Part shown: piece by piece, positions 53,483 through 64,000 of the stretch
How the letters are laid out: each line of letters starts with the position of its first letter
Numbering within the stretch: position 1 is the first letter of the stretch
From: an uncultured Planctomycetota bacterium
GTDB taxonomy: Bacteria; Planctomycetota; Planctomycetia; Gemmatales; Gemmataceae
Assembly: GCA_963849325.1 (NCBI GenBank)
Contig: CAWKHF010000001.1
Coordinates: 128,001-192,000, forward strand
Length of the DNA stretch: 64,000 nt
Direction: 5' to 3'
Made by a program: the position numbers and the translations under genes
The notes under the pieces: model-generated
The model's input: only the letters and a program-made list of their open reading frames with translations
Told to the model about the DNA's origin: nothing
Database searches by the model: none

Positions 53483-54563
53483 TTACTTGCCGCCTGACTT
53501 CTCCAGTTGTTTGAAGTAGGACTCGATGGCATCACGGTACTTGGCGGGCATGCCGCGCGTCAACTCGGTCATGGCCTTGACGCGCTCGCGTTCCGGCAGT
53601 TTGCCCCAGACCTCGGCGTACTCCTTGAGCTTCTTGGTATCGACCTGCCCCGCCATGGCCGGAGCGTTGGGCAGAGCGCTATCGCCGGCCGGGCTGGAGG
53701 AGCGGTTGCCATTGGGCAAGCCGGGCGAGCCGCCCGAAGGACAACAACCGCCGTTGCACTGGCCGCAGCCCTTGCACTTGTTCTCCAGCTCCTTGATCTT
53801 CTCGTCGAGCTTGACCAGCACTTCGCGCTGCATGGCCCGCGTCTTGGGTCCGCCGCGGGTCAGGTCGAGGCGGTCCTTGATGACGCCCATCTTGCGAGCG
53901 ATCCAGTCCAGGTCCTTGTCCTGCCAGGTCGCCATGTCGTAGTGCATGAGCACGCCGACCATGCGGTAGCGCGCCGGCGCGTCGGCCACGTCCACCAGCA
54001 GCCGATCGATGGAGTCGTCGGCCTCGTTGCTTCATCATCAAGGCGTGCTCGGTGACGGCGCGGTGGAAGTAGTAGGCGGCGGGATCGACCACGTCCTCGC
54101 CCCGGACGCTCTTGAACGCCTCCAGCGCCTCGTCGAAGACCTTGCGGTTGGTCAGCGCCTTGGCGTAGGCCAGGCCGAGGTTGGCGCGGAAGAAGGCGGG
54201 CAGCTTGTGGTCCTTGACGAGGTTGGGCACGCTGGTCGGCGCCGGCGTCTCGGGATCGCGGGCGTCCTTGAGCAGCTGAGCGGCGGCCGGGTCGCCCAGG
54301 GTGAACGTGCCCGCCACCTTGTCCAGCAGCGGACGATCCGTCGCCCACAGGGCGTCGAACGACTTTTGGGTTGCCGCGTCCGTCTTGCCGACGCCCTTGA
54401 GCCAGGCCAGGGCTTGGGCGCGGACTGCGTCCGGGGCGGGCGCCCGGAGCTGGCTGAAGGAGGGCAGGTCCTTCAGCGGTTTCTTCTCATCCGCCTGCGT
54501 CATCCCGCCGCCCGCCAGGACGAGCGCCAGGCCGGCGACCGAAAACCAGCGAGTCCACCTCAC
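53483..54563 (-). CDS. Exported helical hypothetical protein with Cys-rich linker (frameshift near 54030)
   Basis: GTG start after CAGGAG; signal peptide; C-terminal WGKLPERER...PAKYRDAIESYF. Confidence 0.75.
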
Positions 54564-54691
54564 GGGAGTTCTCCTGTGATCAAGGTGAAAGGTATCAGAC
54601 CCAATGGCCCATGTTCCCACAATGCTTCCGACGATGCAAGGGGCAGCCGCTGACGGCGGAGCGATGCGCTAGGTCGCCAGCGGCACGTTCG

Positions 54692-56724
54692 TCATTTCGC
54701 CTCGTTCTTGCCGGTGGCGATGTCGTGCGTCACCTTGCCGATCTTCTCCTGCCGCTTCGATAGGTCTTTCAGCTCGCTCTGGATGCGTTCGTACTGCTCA
54801 CGCTGCTCCGGCGTGGAGCCGTTCTCCGGCGGCGGGGCCTGCTCGCCGGCGTACTGCTTGCCGTACAACTCCGTGCGAGAGTTGACGCGCTTCTGCATCG
54901 AACGGATCATTTTCAACTCGGCGAGCAGGTCGATCAGCTTCGGATCGGGCGGCGGACCCGACGGGCCGGGCGGCGCCTTGCTCTTGTTCTTGTTGTCCGC
55001 CTGCGCCTTCTTCAGCGCCTCGATCATCTCCTGCAAGGTCTCGATGATCTGGTTCTCGATGGTGACGGTGACGATGCCGGTATCGGTCTTGCGGAGGCGA
55101 ACGGCGACGGTCTCCATGTCGCTCTTGACCTGCTGGAAGACCTCGGCGAAGGCGACGGCCGAACCCTCGGCCTCCAGCAACCGCAGACCGGCGGCCGCCT
55201 CCTTGACGATCTCGTCTTCCTTGTCGGACAGGACGTTGGACGCCTGCTGATCGGCGCGGGTCGGCTCGGCCTTGGGATTGCCCTTGATGACCTTGTCCAG
55301 CTCGACGGTGCCGTCGCGGACAGCGATTTGCAACGCCAGCATGTGCCGGCAGCGCGCTTCCAGCCGGGCCAGGAGCCGCTCGATCTCTTCCTCGCGGAGC
55401 TGCCGCAGAAGGTCTTCGAGCTGCTTCTTCGCCTCGTTCAGCTTGTTGAGGGCTTCCTGTTCGTCCTCGGGGGCGTCCTTGCGGTTGTCCTTGCGGAGGT
55501 TGTCTTCGGCGCGTTCCTGATACTTCTCCGCGTCTTCGATTTTCTTCTTGATCTGAGACTGCTCGGGGCTGGGCTGTTGCTGTGGCGGCGGCTTGGGACC
55601 GCTCTTGCCGCCGCTCTTGGCCTCGCTCGGCTGTCCCGGCTGTCCCGGCTGGCCGCTCTGACCAGGCTTGCCTTCACTCGGTTTGCCCTCGCCGGACTTG
55701 CCCTTGCTATCGCCCTTGCCTTCGCCCTTACCTTTGCTGTCGCCCTTCTTGGCTTCGCCGGACTTGCCGGCGCCTGGCTTACTCTCCCCGGACTTGGGAC
55801 TGCCGGGTTTGCCCGAGCCGGGCTTATCGCTCGGCTTCGGCTCACCCGACTTGCCGTCCTTGCCTTCACCGGGCTTGCCTTCTTTGTTTTCACTGCCCTT
55901 GCCGTCTTTGCCTTCTCCCTGCTTGGCGTCCTTCCCCTTGCCCTCCTTGCCTTCGCCGTCCTTGCCATCTTTCTTGTCCGCCTTGGGATCCTTGGCGTCG
56001 TCCTTGGCCTCACCGATACCTTTCTTGCCGGATTTGTTGTCCTTGCCCTCGCCTTGCTTGGCCTCCTTGCCCTGGTTGCTCTTGGGGTTGATGAGGTTGT
56101 CGGTCTGGGCCTTGACCTTGTGCTGACTGTCGGCCAGATCCTTGTTCTTGGTGCGGGGGAGGATTGTCTTGTTGAGCACCAACTCTTGCTTGCGGATGAC
56201 GTTCTTCAGCTCTTCCAGCAGACGGGTGTACTCTTCCTTCTTTTTGCGCAGCTCGGCGTCGCGGTCGTCCTTGAGCAGCAAGTCCATGATCGCGCGGAGA
56301 TCCTGCCGCAGGGCTTCGTTTTGCTTGAGGACTTCCTGGAGTTGTTCGGTGTTCTTGAAGGCGTCGTTGGTCTTGAGGGTCTCGATGAGGGAGCTGAACT
56401 TGGTGTCCACGCCTTCTTCGCTGGCCTTCTTGATGGCCTGGCGAAGGATCTTGGCCTTCTCGCGGTCTTCCGGCTTGGCGCTGTTCTCCATGCGCAGAGC
56501 CAGGCCGAGCAGCTTCTGTTTGAAGTCGTCGAACTGGCGTTTGAGGCGCTCCTGCTGCGTGGCGGCGTCCTCGATCTTGACCTTGGGATCGGCGGCGTCC
56601 TGGCGCGTTTGACGTCGCTCTTGCCCTTGGAGTCGATCTTGAGCGGCAGACGCTCTTCCGCCCGCGCGGCCAGGACGAAGGCCGTGGCCAGCACCCCTAG
56701 CACCGCCAACAGACGACGTGACAT
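54692..56724 (-). CDS. Exported coiled-coil protein with G/K/E/P-rich low-complexity linker (indels near 56600)
   Basis: Signal peptide MSRRLLAVLGVLATAFVLAARA; helical regions; linker ~55570-56080; LAELKMIRSMQ. Confidence 0.8.
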
Positions 56725-56841
56725 GGACCATGTTCCCTCTCCCATGCTGTTGAGGGTCGGACCCCCGAAGTTCCGCGCGTCCGCGCAGTAATGACGATCC
56801 GCCGCCGCGTTACCAACAGGGACGGTTCCCCATCGTTCCCC

Positions 56842-56913
56842 TTCGTTTAGCCGCGACGCGCAGCGGAGCGCGAGAGCACTCCCGCGCTCCGCTGCGCGTC
56901 GCGGCTAAACGAA
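56842..56913. repeat. Palindromic element, CGTTTAGCCGCG family
   Basis: TTCGTTTAGCCGCGACGCGCAGCGGAGCGCG...CGCGCTCCGCTGCGCGTCGCGGCTAAACGAA. Confidence 0.9.
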
Positions 56914-56916
56914 AGT

Positions 56917-59900
56917 TCACTTCTTATCGACCTTGCCGCCTCCCGTCGCCTTGCCGAAGATGGCGTCCTCCAGCTCCTCGTTGATCCTCTTGATTGTCTC
57001 GTACTGTTCCGCCTCGGTCTTCTCGATCTCGGCCAGGCGCTTGACCAGCTCGTTGATGTCGGTCATCTTCTGCATCGAGGCGAGGATTTTTCCAGGGCCA
57101 GGGTGAGGACGCGCATCTGGTCCTTGGCCGCCGAGCCGGCCTTGCGCGACGTCTCGATGCGCTCCGCCGCGGCCTGGTCCTTGCTGTCCAGCGCCGTGCG
57201 GAAGCCGGCCACCGCGTCGCGGGTGTCGTCGAAGGTGCGGTCCACGTTCTTGAGCGGATCGACGATGTTCTTCTCCACCTGGTCGATGAACTTCTGGCTG
57301 ACCTGGTTGGTCTTCATCTCACGCAGGATGCGGGCATAGGCATTGTACACTTCGCGCGTGGCATTTTGCCCCTTCTCCAGCACCTCGTTGACCTGATCGG
57401 TGCGGGCGCTCATCGGTCCCAGTTCCTCGACCTTGAGGGCCGAGCTGGACAGGTCGAGGTAGGACTGGCCGAGCTTGGCCTGCGTCTCCAGCAGGCGTTG
57501 ATACGTGGTGTCGAGGTCGCCGTACTGTTTCTCCTCCTCCTTGGCGATCTCGGTCAACAGTTCGTTCTCGGAGACGACGAAGAAGGTGAACTTTTCCTCG
57601 CTGATTTTGAGGTGCGGCTGGGGTTTGCCGTCCTTGCCTTTTTCGCTGTCGAGGTCGGTATCGACGGCTTCCAGCCACAGCTGCATCCGGTAGCGCGGCT
57701 GCGGCCGGCTCGGATCGGTCATCTTGAGTCCGGGGTTGGTCTTCCACAGCGGCAGATCGCAGCCGACCGGATCGAGGTCCGGCTGCGTCCACTCGTCGGG
57801 CTTGATCGAGAAGTTGCGCAGCAACAGGCGATACGGCTCCTTCTGCTTCTTGGCCAGCTCTTCGCGGATCGTGTCGGGATGCAGGATGGCGTCTTCCGGG
57901 CGGTCCTCCAGCGCCGCTTGAAGCGCGGCAGGAGATAGCGTTCAGCCGGGGCTTCCTCGCCTTCTTCTCGGCCAGCGTCGCCGCCTTGAGGGTGATGGCC
58001 AGGTCCAGCAGGCCGGGCAACAATCCCTGCCCGGCGGGCGCCAGGCTGGTCCCGGCCAGGAGCGGCCAGGCGGCGCGGCGATTGAGGCGAGCCGTCTCCA
58101 GGTGCGCGATGGTGTAGGCGTAGCGCACGTCGGTCAGGCCGTGATCGTCGTCCACCTGCCCCTTGAAGGGGATGCGCGCCAGGACCGTGACCATGTAGCC
58201 GCCCTGGACCTTGCGGACGATGTCGTCGGGGGCCAGCTCGCGGACTTTCGGCGGCGCATCCTCCGCCGGGATGACGACGATTTGCCGCTGGCCGGTGACG
58301 CCGTCGGTGTCGGTGAAGCGGAACAGGAAGTTCTGCTCGAAGCGGACGTTGGCGAAGGACGTGCGGAAAGTGCGGGCATCGAGCATCTCCGCCGGCGTGG
58401 CGGTAAGGGAGATGCCGGCCTTGTGCGACTTGTGCGGCACGATCGACACGGACTGCAAATCCTTGCTGGCCGTGGCCGTCAGCACGAGGTTGGTGCCGGC
58501 CGGCACGTCGATGCGCGATACCTCGCCGCCTTGCAGCGACACCTTGCTCTCCTCGAAGCGCTGTTTCTTGCCGCTCAGTTCCTCGGGATTGTCGTCGCGC
58601 TCGAGGCGATAGTACAGGTACGCCGGCCGGTCCTCCTGGCGCGTCAGCTCCTCCAGGGCCGGCGGCTCGACGACGACGACGCGGCGCGAGGCGGTGTAGT
58701 AATCCAGCCCCTTGACGTGGAAGCTGACCGTCTCCTTGAGTTCGCCGAACTGGCCGGTGTACTCGTTGTCGGCCAGCTTCTGCATGGTGGTCTGACTGCT
58801 GGTGGTGTTGCCCTTGTAGACCAGCAGGACGTCGTCGGGGACGACGAGCTTGCGCAGCAGCCGGCTCAGGGCCGGGTCGCTGGCTCGGCCTTCGAGTTGT
58901 TCGAGGACGTTGCGCATGCCCTGCTGGGCGTCGGCTTCCAGCGTCTTGTGTGTCTCGCTCTTGTCGAGGTTCAATTCGATCTCATCGAGCGTGAGTCCGG
59001 CCCGCATCTCGCGCACCTTCCAGTCGGCCGGCAGGGCGATCTCCGGCACCGGAGCGCCGAGCAACTCCGGCGTCAGGTCGAACCACGACAGCGGCCGCCA
59101 GCCCTCGGCCGGCTTCCGCTGGAACTGCGCCACCAATCTTTCCCGCTCGTCGCCGACGATGCCGCGCGAATCGAGCCAGGAGCGATACGCCTCGACGGCC
59201 TTCTTCGTCGGTGCGCCGGCGATGACGTACTTGAACGCCCGCACGCGGAGGGTCGGCGGTCGATCGCCCCGGCCGATGCGCCATTCGCCGTTGGCCGGTA
59301 CGTCCAGCAGTTCCAGGTGGGCCATGCGCGGCCAGATGACGTTTTGCAAGGAGGACGTTGCGCTCGAACCAGATTTCGGCGACCTCGTGGAACTGGCCGA
59401 AGCCCGCCGTCGTGAAACCGTAGCCCGGCGACGGCGTTGGCGGTGCAGAAGATCGTCCCCGCCAGCAGGTAGCCGCCCAGGGCCAGCACGCCGACGAGAA
59501 TGCCGCGCCACGTCAGACGCTCCCAATCGAAGACTTCCTTGATCTTCAATTGTTCGACGCGCCGCGCCGCCTCGTGGATGGTCTCCTGGACCATGGCCGC
59601 CGAGTAGCCGATGTCGGCCGCCTTCTTCGGGTCGGCCAACTCCACGGCGGTGATGAGGCGATCGCCGAGGATCTTGGGAAAGCGTCGTTCGAGCACGAGG
59701 GCCAGGGCGACGTCGCGGAACTCGCGGAACAGGCGCGTGAACACCTTGCAAGGCGAACGCCGCCGTCAGACCCGGACAAGCAGCACGACCAGCACGCCGC
59801 AGCGCACACTCCAGGGCAGCTCCTGCACCCAGTCGATGTGGAACAGACGGAAGAAGCCATAATCGAGGAGCAGCCCGATCCAGAACCACAGGGCCAGGTA

Positions 59901-60036
59901 CAGCCCCACCACGCGCCGCGCCTTCGAGGCTGACGTACAGGCGGATGTAGCGGCGCAGCCGCTCCAGCGGGCTGCGGACGCGCTTGGACGCTTCGGTCAG
60001 GTTGCGCGAACGATCCGGACTCGTGACAGTGGCCAT
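56917..60036 (-). CDS. Large membrane protein with Ig-like and coiled-coil regions (frameshifted)
   Basis: N-terminal TMs; LVLERRFP..GDRLITAVEL; DDHGL motif; C-terminal helices; stop at 56917. Confidence 0.75.
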
Positions 60037-60047
60037 AAAAAAGTACC

Positions 60048-60129
60048 GAGTTCTGAGTTCTGAGTGCCAGGTTCGGAGTCCCGCGTGCTGGGTTCTTCAC
60101 TCAGAACTCAGAACTCAGAACTCAGAACT
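60048..60129. repeat. Heptamer (GAGTTCT/AGAACTC)n inverted repeat
   Basis: GAGTTCTGAGTTCTGAGTG...CACTCAGAACTCAGAACTCAGAACTCAGAACT, intergenic. Confidence 0.9.
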
Positions 60130-60134
60130 TTGGA

Positions 60135-63100
60135 TTATGCCAGACGCAGTAGCTTGCGCGTCAACCATTCCAGGGACAACAGGCCGACCACGCCCAGCAG
60201 CACCCAGGACATCTTGATCGGCTGATACGGCGGGTCGCGGTCCCAAACGGTGAAGCCCTCGTCCCAAACGTCCTGGATCGGCCCACGGCTGCGCAACGTC
60301 TGGATGTCCGGCTTCATGCACGTCGGGATCAGGTGGGCGTTCTTCAGGTCGAAGTACAGACGCAGCTTGTCGTCTCCGGCTTCGTTGACTTGGAGGCAGC
60401 GTCCAGCTTGGGACGTTGCAGACTGCGTTTCAGTTCCTGGCGCTCGGCGTCGCTCATGCGGCCGAGCACGTCGTCGGCCTCGCTGGCCAGCTGATACATG
60501 GTGGCGAAGTCGGGCCGGGTGTTGTCCATCTCCGGGTTGGCCTCCTTGACGCTGAAGCGCTGGGTCAGCGTGTCGCCGGTCTCCGGCATCTTGACTTGCA
60601 ACGAGTAGTCGCCGGCCGAGCGAACCTGGAAGCGGGCGCTGTACCAGCCGTCGCCGCCCGGCTTGGGCTTCATGTCGAAGGGCTTCGGCGCGACCGAATC
60701 GGGCACGTCCCGGCGGCGGCGTCAGCTTGACCTCGGGCGGCTTGGAACTCCGGAGCCAACGGCTCGCCGTCCTTGCCGTCGAACTTGCCCTCGATCTCGA
60801 TGGGCTTGTTGGCGACGTGGCTGGAGCCCATGTACAGGCGGATGCGCTTGTTGACCCGGCTCATGTTGTTCGACGCCGCGTAGTGCAGCAGCTTCGTCCA
60901 GAAACGCTCGTGGTAGGGGACGCTGTAGCTGCGCAGCCGCCACGTCTCGCCGGAGCCGAGCCAGACCACGCGGCGATTGCTGCCCTGCGAATTCAGCACG
61001 AGGTAGGGCTGCTGCGAGCCGTCCTTGAGCTTGCCGCGCGGGTCGGCGAAGCGGGCCACCACCACGGCACTGGTCTTGGCCTTCTCGACCGGATAATAGC
61101 TGTAGAAGCCGCGTATCGCGGTGTCTTGTCGCCGCTCTCCCTGCCGGTCCCGTAGAAGAAGGCGTCCCAGTCGGCCAGGAACTTGGTGACGTCGTCGCCC
61201 TCGGCGAGCTTGAGGAACTCCATGTCCGGCGTGGCGCCGCTGAAGTTGAGCGGCCAGGGTCGTTGGTCGTCGCGGTCCATGTCGTCGAGGCGGATGTCGC
61301 TGCAGCACCACCGGGTACAGGTCGAGAATCGGCTTGAGCTTGTCCTTGTACGTCGATTCGGGCCGGGCCAGCTCCAGCGTGTTGATGGGGCCGCCCACGG
61401 CGATCAGTCCGCCGCCCTTGCTCGACCCACTTCTCCACCATCTTCGAGCTGGTTGGCGGTCAACTGCGTCCAGTCGGGATCGAAGGCGACGATGACGTCG
61501 TACTGGTCCAGGGCATAAAGAGTGTCGTCCTTGTCGCCGGCTTCCAGGCGCGTCGGGAAGGAACTGAGCAGTCGTTCCGGCGGCACGTCCTGGACGATGC
61601 CGCCGCGCCGCTCGCTGACGCCGGGCGGCAGCTGCATGTGGATCGACACCTCGGCGCGTTTCTTGTCCATCTCGCGGACGAGGATGGAGCGCAAGAACTG
61701 GTAATCGCGCGTGGCGGCGCTGGCGAACAGCAGCACGCGCAGCGGCTTCTTGATCACGCGCAGGATCGACGGCTCGCTGAGGTGGAACGGCGCGGCGAAC
61801 GACTCCTGCGGATCGCGCGGCACGCGAACGTGAAAGCGCAGCTCGCCCTCGCCGGTCTCGCTCAGCTCCCACTTCTTGCCGGCGACCTCCTTGATCTCCA
61901 GGTCGATATGGGCCGGCCTTCGCCAGCGTCAGCCGCGTCGATGGGGAACTCGACCGTCGACGCGCGGCGGCGAGCTGCGATCGAACTGCACCGGGGCCGC
62001 CGGCTCCAGCGTCAGCTTCTTCGTCCGCAGCGATAGCCGGGCCGGCTTGTCCTTCTCCGAGTCGGCGTCGTTCTTGTTCGTCTGCTCGGTCAGCGTCAAC
62101 TCGAGTTCCTCGTCCTTGCCGTTCTTGTCCTTCTTCGTGTAGGTGATGTCGAGGAAAACCTTCACGGGCTTCTCGGCCAGTCCTTCGCCTTGCAGTTCGA
62201 CGACGGCGCGGAACGTGTCTTCGGGCTGCACCTGCTCGGGCACGCGCACGTCCACGATGTCGATCTTGACCTGCGGCCGTTCCTCGCCGATGCCGACGAC
62301 GAAGATGGGAATGTGAGCGGCCTTGGCGCGGGCCTCGATGTCCTCGAACGCCTTGGGCGAGCCTTCGGTGCTGCGGCCGTCGGTGAAGAGGACGACGCCC
62401 TGGACGCGGCCGTTCAGCTCGCGGTTGACCAGCGACAGCGCCGCGCTGCCGAGGTTGGTGCCGCTGAAGACGCCTGCCTCGCCGAGTTTCTGCGTCAAAA
62501 CCTGTAGCTTTTGTAGCCGTTCCTGTTCCGCGTCGCCCCACTCGACGGGAACGTCCACCTTGGTGCCGGGGTTGAGCCAGGCTTGCAGATACTCGGCCGG
62601 CAGGGGCTTCGCCTCGGGGAGTTCGACGTTGCGGTCGGCGTTGCGCGTGAAGTCCTCCCACTCTTCGCGCGTCCAGTTGCGGCTGTCCTTGAACAGCAGG
62701 TAATTCTCGTCGAGGCGGCTGGCGAAGCGGAACGCCGTCACCGGGTTCTTCGCTTCCAGGTTGGCGAGGAACTTCTTGTCGGCGTTGGTCAGGAAGGCGA
62801 GTACCTTGTCCTGCCGCGTGCTGCAGCTTTTCGCCGGGCTTGCCGCTGGAGACGTCATCGACCACTTTCGTCAGGCTCGGCGAGGTATCGAGAAGGACGA
62901 GCACCTTGCCCATGACGCGCGTCTCTTCCCAGGTCTGCTTGGCCGGCAGCAGGAAGACGCCGGCCAGCAGGACGTAGACGCCGGCGCGGAGCAGGCCCAG
63001 GAAGATGGCCCACCACGGCCCGACGCCGCGGCTGTCCTTGACGTACATCCAGACGATGTAGACGAAGGCCGGCCAGGAGGACGGCACCGAGGATCATCGG

Positions 63101-63200
63101 CCACAGCGCACCACGGAAATTCGTGACCGCGGATCGTCAACGGCTCGCTCAGCCGCCGCAAGACCCATTCCTGGTACTGGCTGGTGTTGGCTTCATTCAT
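60135..63200 (-). CDS. Membrane-anchored vWA domain protein with glutamine-amidotransferase-like C-terminal region (frameshifted)
   Basis: MIDAS-like LLDTSPSL, GTNLG, LFTDGRS; LDQYDVIVAFD; ETWRLR; C-terminal TM LLSLEWLTRK. Confidence 0.8.
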
Positions 63201-63226
63201 GATACATACGTTGTCCTTGTATATCC

Positions 63227-63270
63227 GTAGTCGCTTGCGGCTTGGCGGGCTGCGCCAGACCGCAAGCGGC
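63227..63270. repeat. GTAG-REP-like hairpin
   Basis: GTAG-TCGCTTGCGGCTTGGCG...CGCCAGACCGCAAGCGGC. Confidence 0.7.
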
Positions 63271-63282
63271 GTAAAATCGCAA

Positions 63283-64000
63283 TCACGCCGCCGCCGGCCG
63301 CGGCTGCCGCCCGCTGTCCCGGCGCCGCTTCGTTGCCCTGCAGGTGGAAGCTCAGATGCACGGCCAACGCCTGCTCGACGATGAGAATGACCAGGAAGAA
63401 CAGATACAGCCACGGCGACTCGGAGGCGTCGGGCATCTTGTTCTTGTACGCCTCATAGGTGTCGCCCGGCGAGCGCAACAGGATCGTGCCGGCTCGACTG
63501 TCCTTGGCGCGGCTCCGCTCCAGCTTGTCGCGCGCTGCGCGCCGCAGGTCGCTCTCCTTGGCGGAATCGAGGTTGAAGGCGAAGGCGCGGACCTCGGTTT
63601 GCGCCGCGGGTCCGTCCTTGCCGGTGGGGTAGAACTCGAAGGTGTAGACGCCCGGCGTGCGCGAATCGGCGGAACTCAAAGGTCAGCACGTTGTCTTTCA
63701 TGGGCAACGGCTGCTCGGGGAACTCCTGCGGCTTGATCGCGTCTTCGACCTTGCTCCTTGTCGAGATCGCGCTGCGGTTGAAACGTCCACTTGACCTTCG
63801 GCAGATAGCGGCCGGCGTCGAAGTCGAGCTGGACGCTCTCGCCGACGGTGCGGTTGAGGTCGTCGCCGGAGCTGATGAGGTAGCGCTGCAGGTCCATGAT
63901 GAAGACCTGGTAGCTCCACGATGACAGACTGCCGCCGCCCCAGTCGTTCCAGCTGCGACGCCGTGCCGGCGCTGGTCAGGATCGCGCACACCTTGCCCTT
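63283..64000 (-). CDS. C-terminal part of a BatA/vWA-type membrane protein (5' end outside window, frameshifted)
   Basis: TPGVYTF, AFAFNLD..ESDL, terminal TM PWLYLFFLVILIVEQALA; context upstream of a vWA gene. Confidence 0.65.

Overview
GC-rich bacterial chromosomal segment, very probably from a planctomycete (Gemmataceae-like). This is inferred from the planctomycete-type Ser/Thr kinases, redoxin-heme-monooxygenase proteins, csrA, the vWA/BatA-NPCBM-HtrA operon and the dense palindromic repeats. Many genes carry single-base frameshifts that look like long-read errors, so several calls join ORF fragments and their internal boundaries are approximate. Gene order: RND transporter 3' end, TPR protein, HicA/HicB-like pair, TolB-like propeller, two small membrane proteins, T4 Rnl1-type RNA ligase, large alpha-2-macroglobulin, potABC, SAM methyltransferase, solo MNT, type III PKS, tkt, zwf, alpha/beta hydrolase, Tat aldo/keto reductase, csrA, two redoxin-heme c-copper monooxygenases flanking two retropepsin-PDZ proteases, a GGA-rich structured intergenic region with an orphan terminator, an ABC exporter, an ATP-cone/NrdD-fold pseudo-enzyme, three Ser/Thr kinases around an HNH nuclease, and the distal ~18 kb of a vWA/BatA operon ending in three HtrA paralogues. 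No rRNA, tRNA, CRISPR array or transposase was found. About 18 palindromic elements of several families are present, two of them inside coding sequence. Best candidates for undescribed biology: the catalytically stripped class III RNR homologue, the monooxygenase-protease cassette, the 1-active/2-dead HtrA trio, a possible CsrA-binding sRNA, and the RNA ligase carrying an in-frame hairpin insertion.
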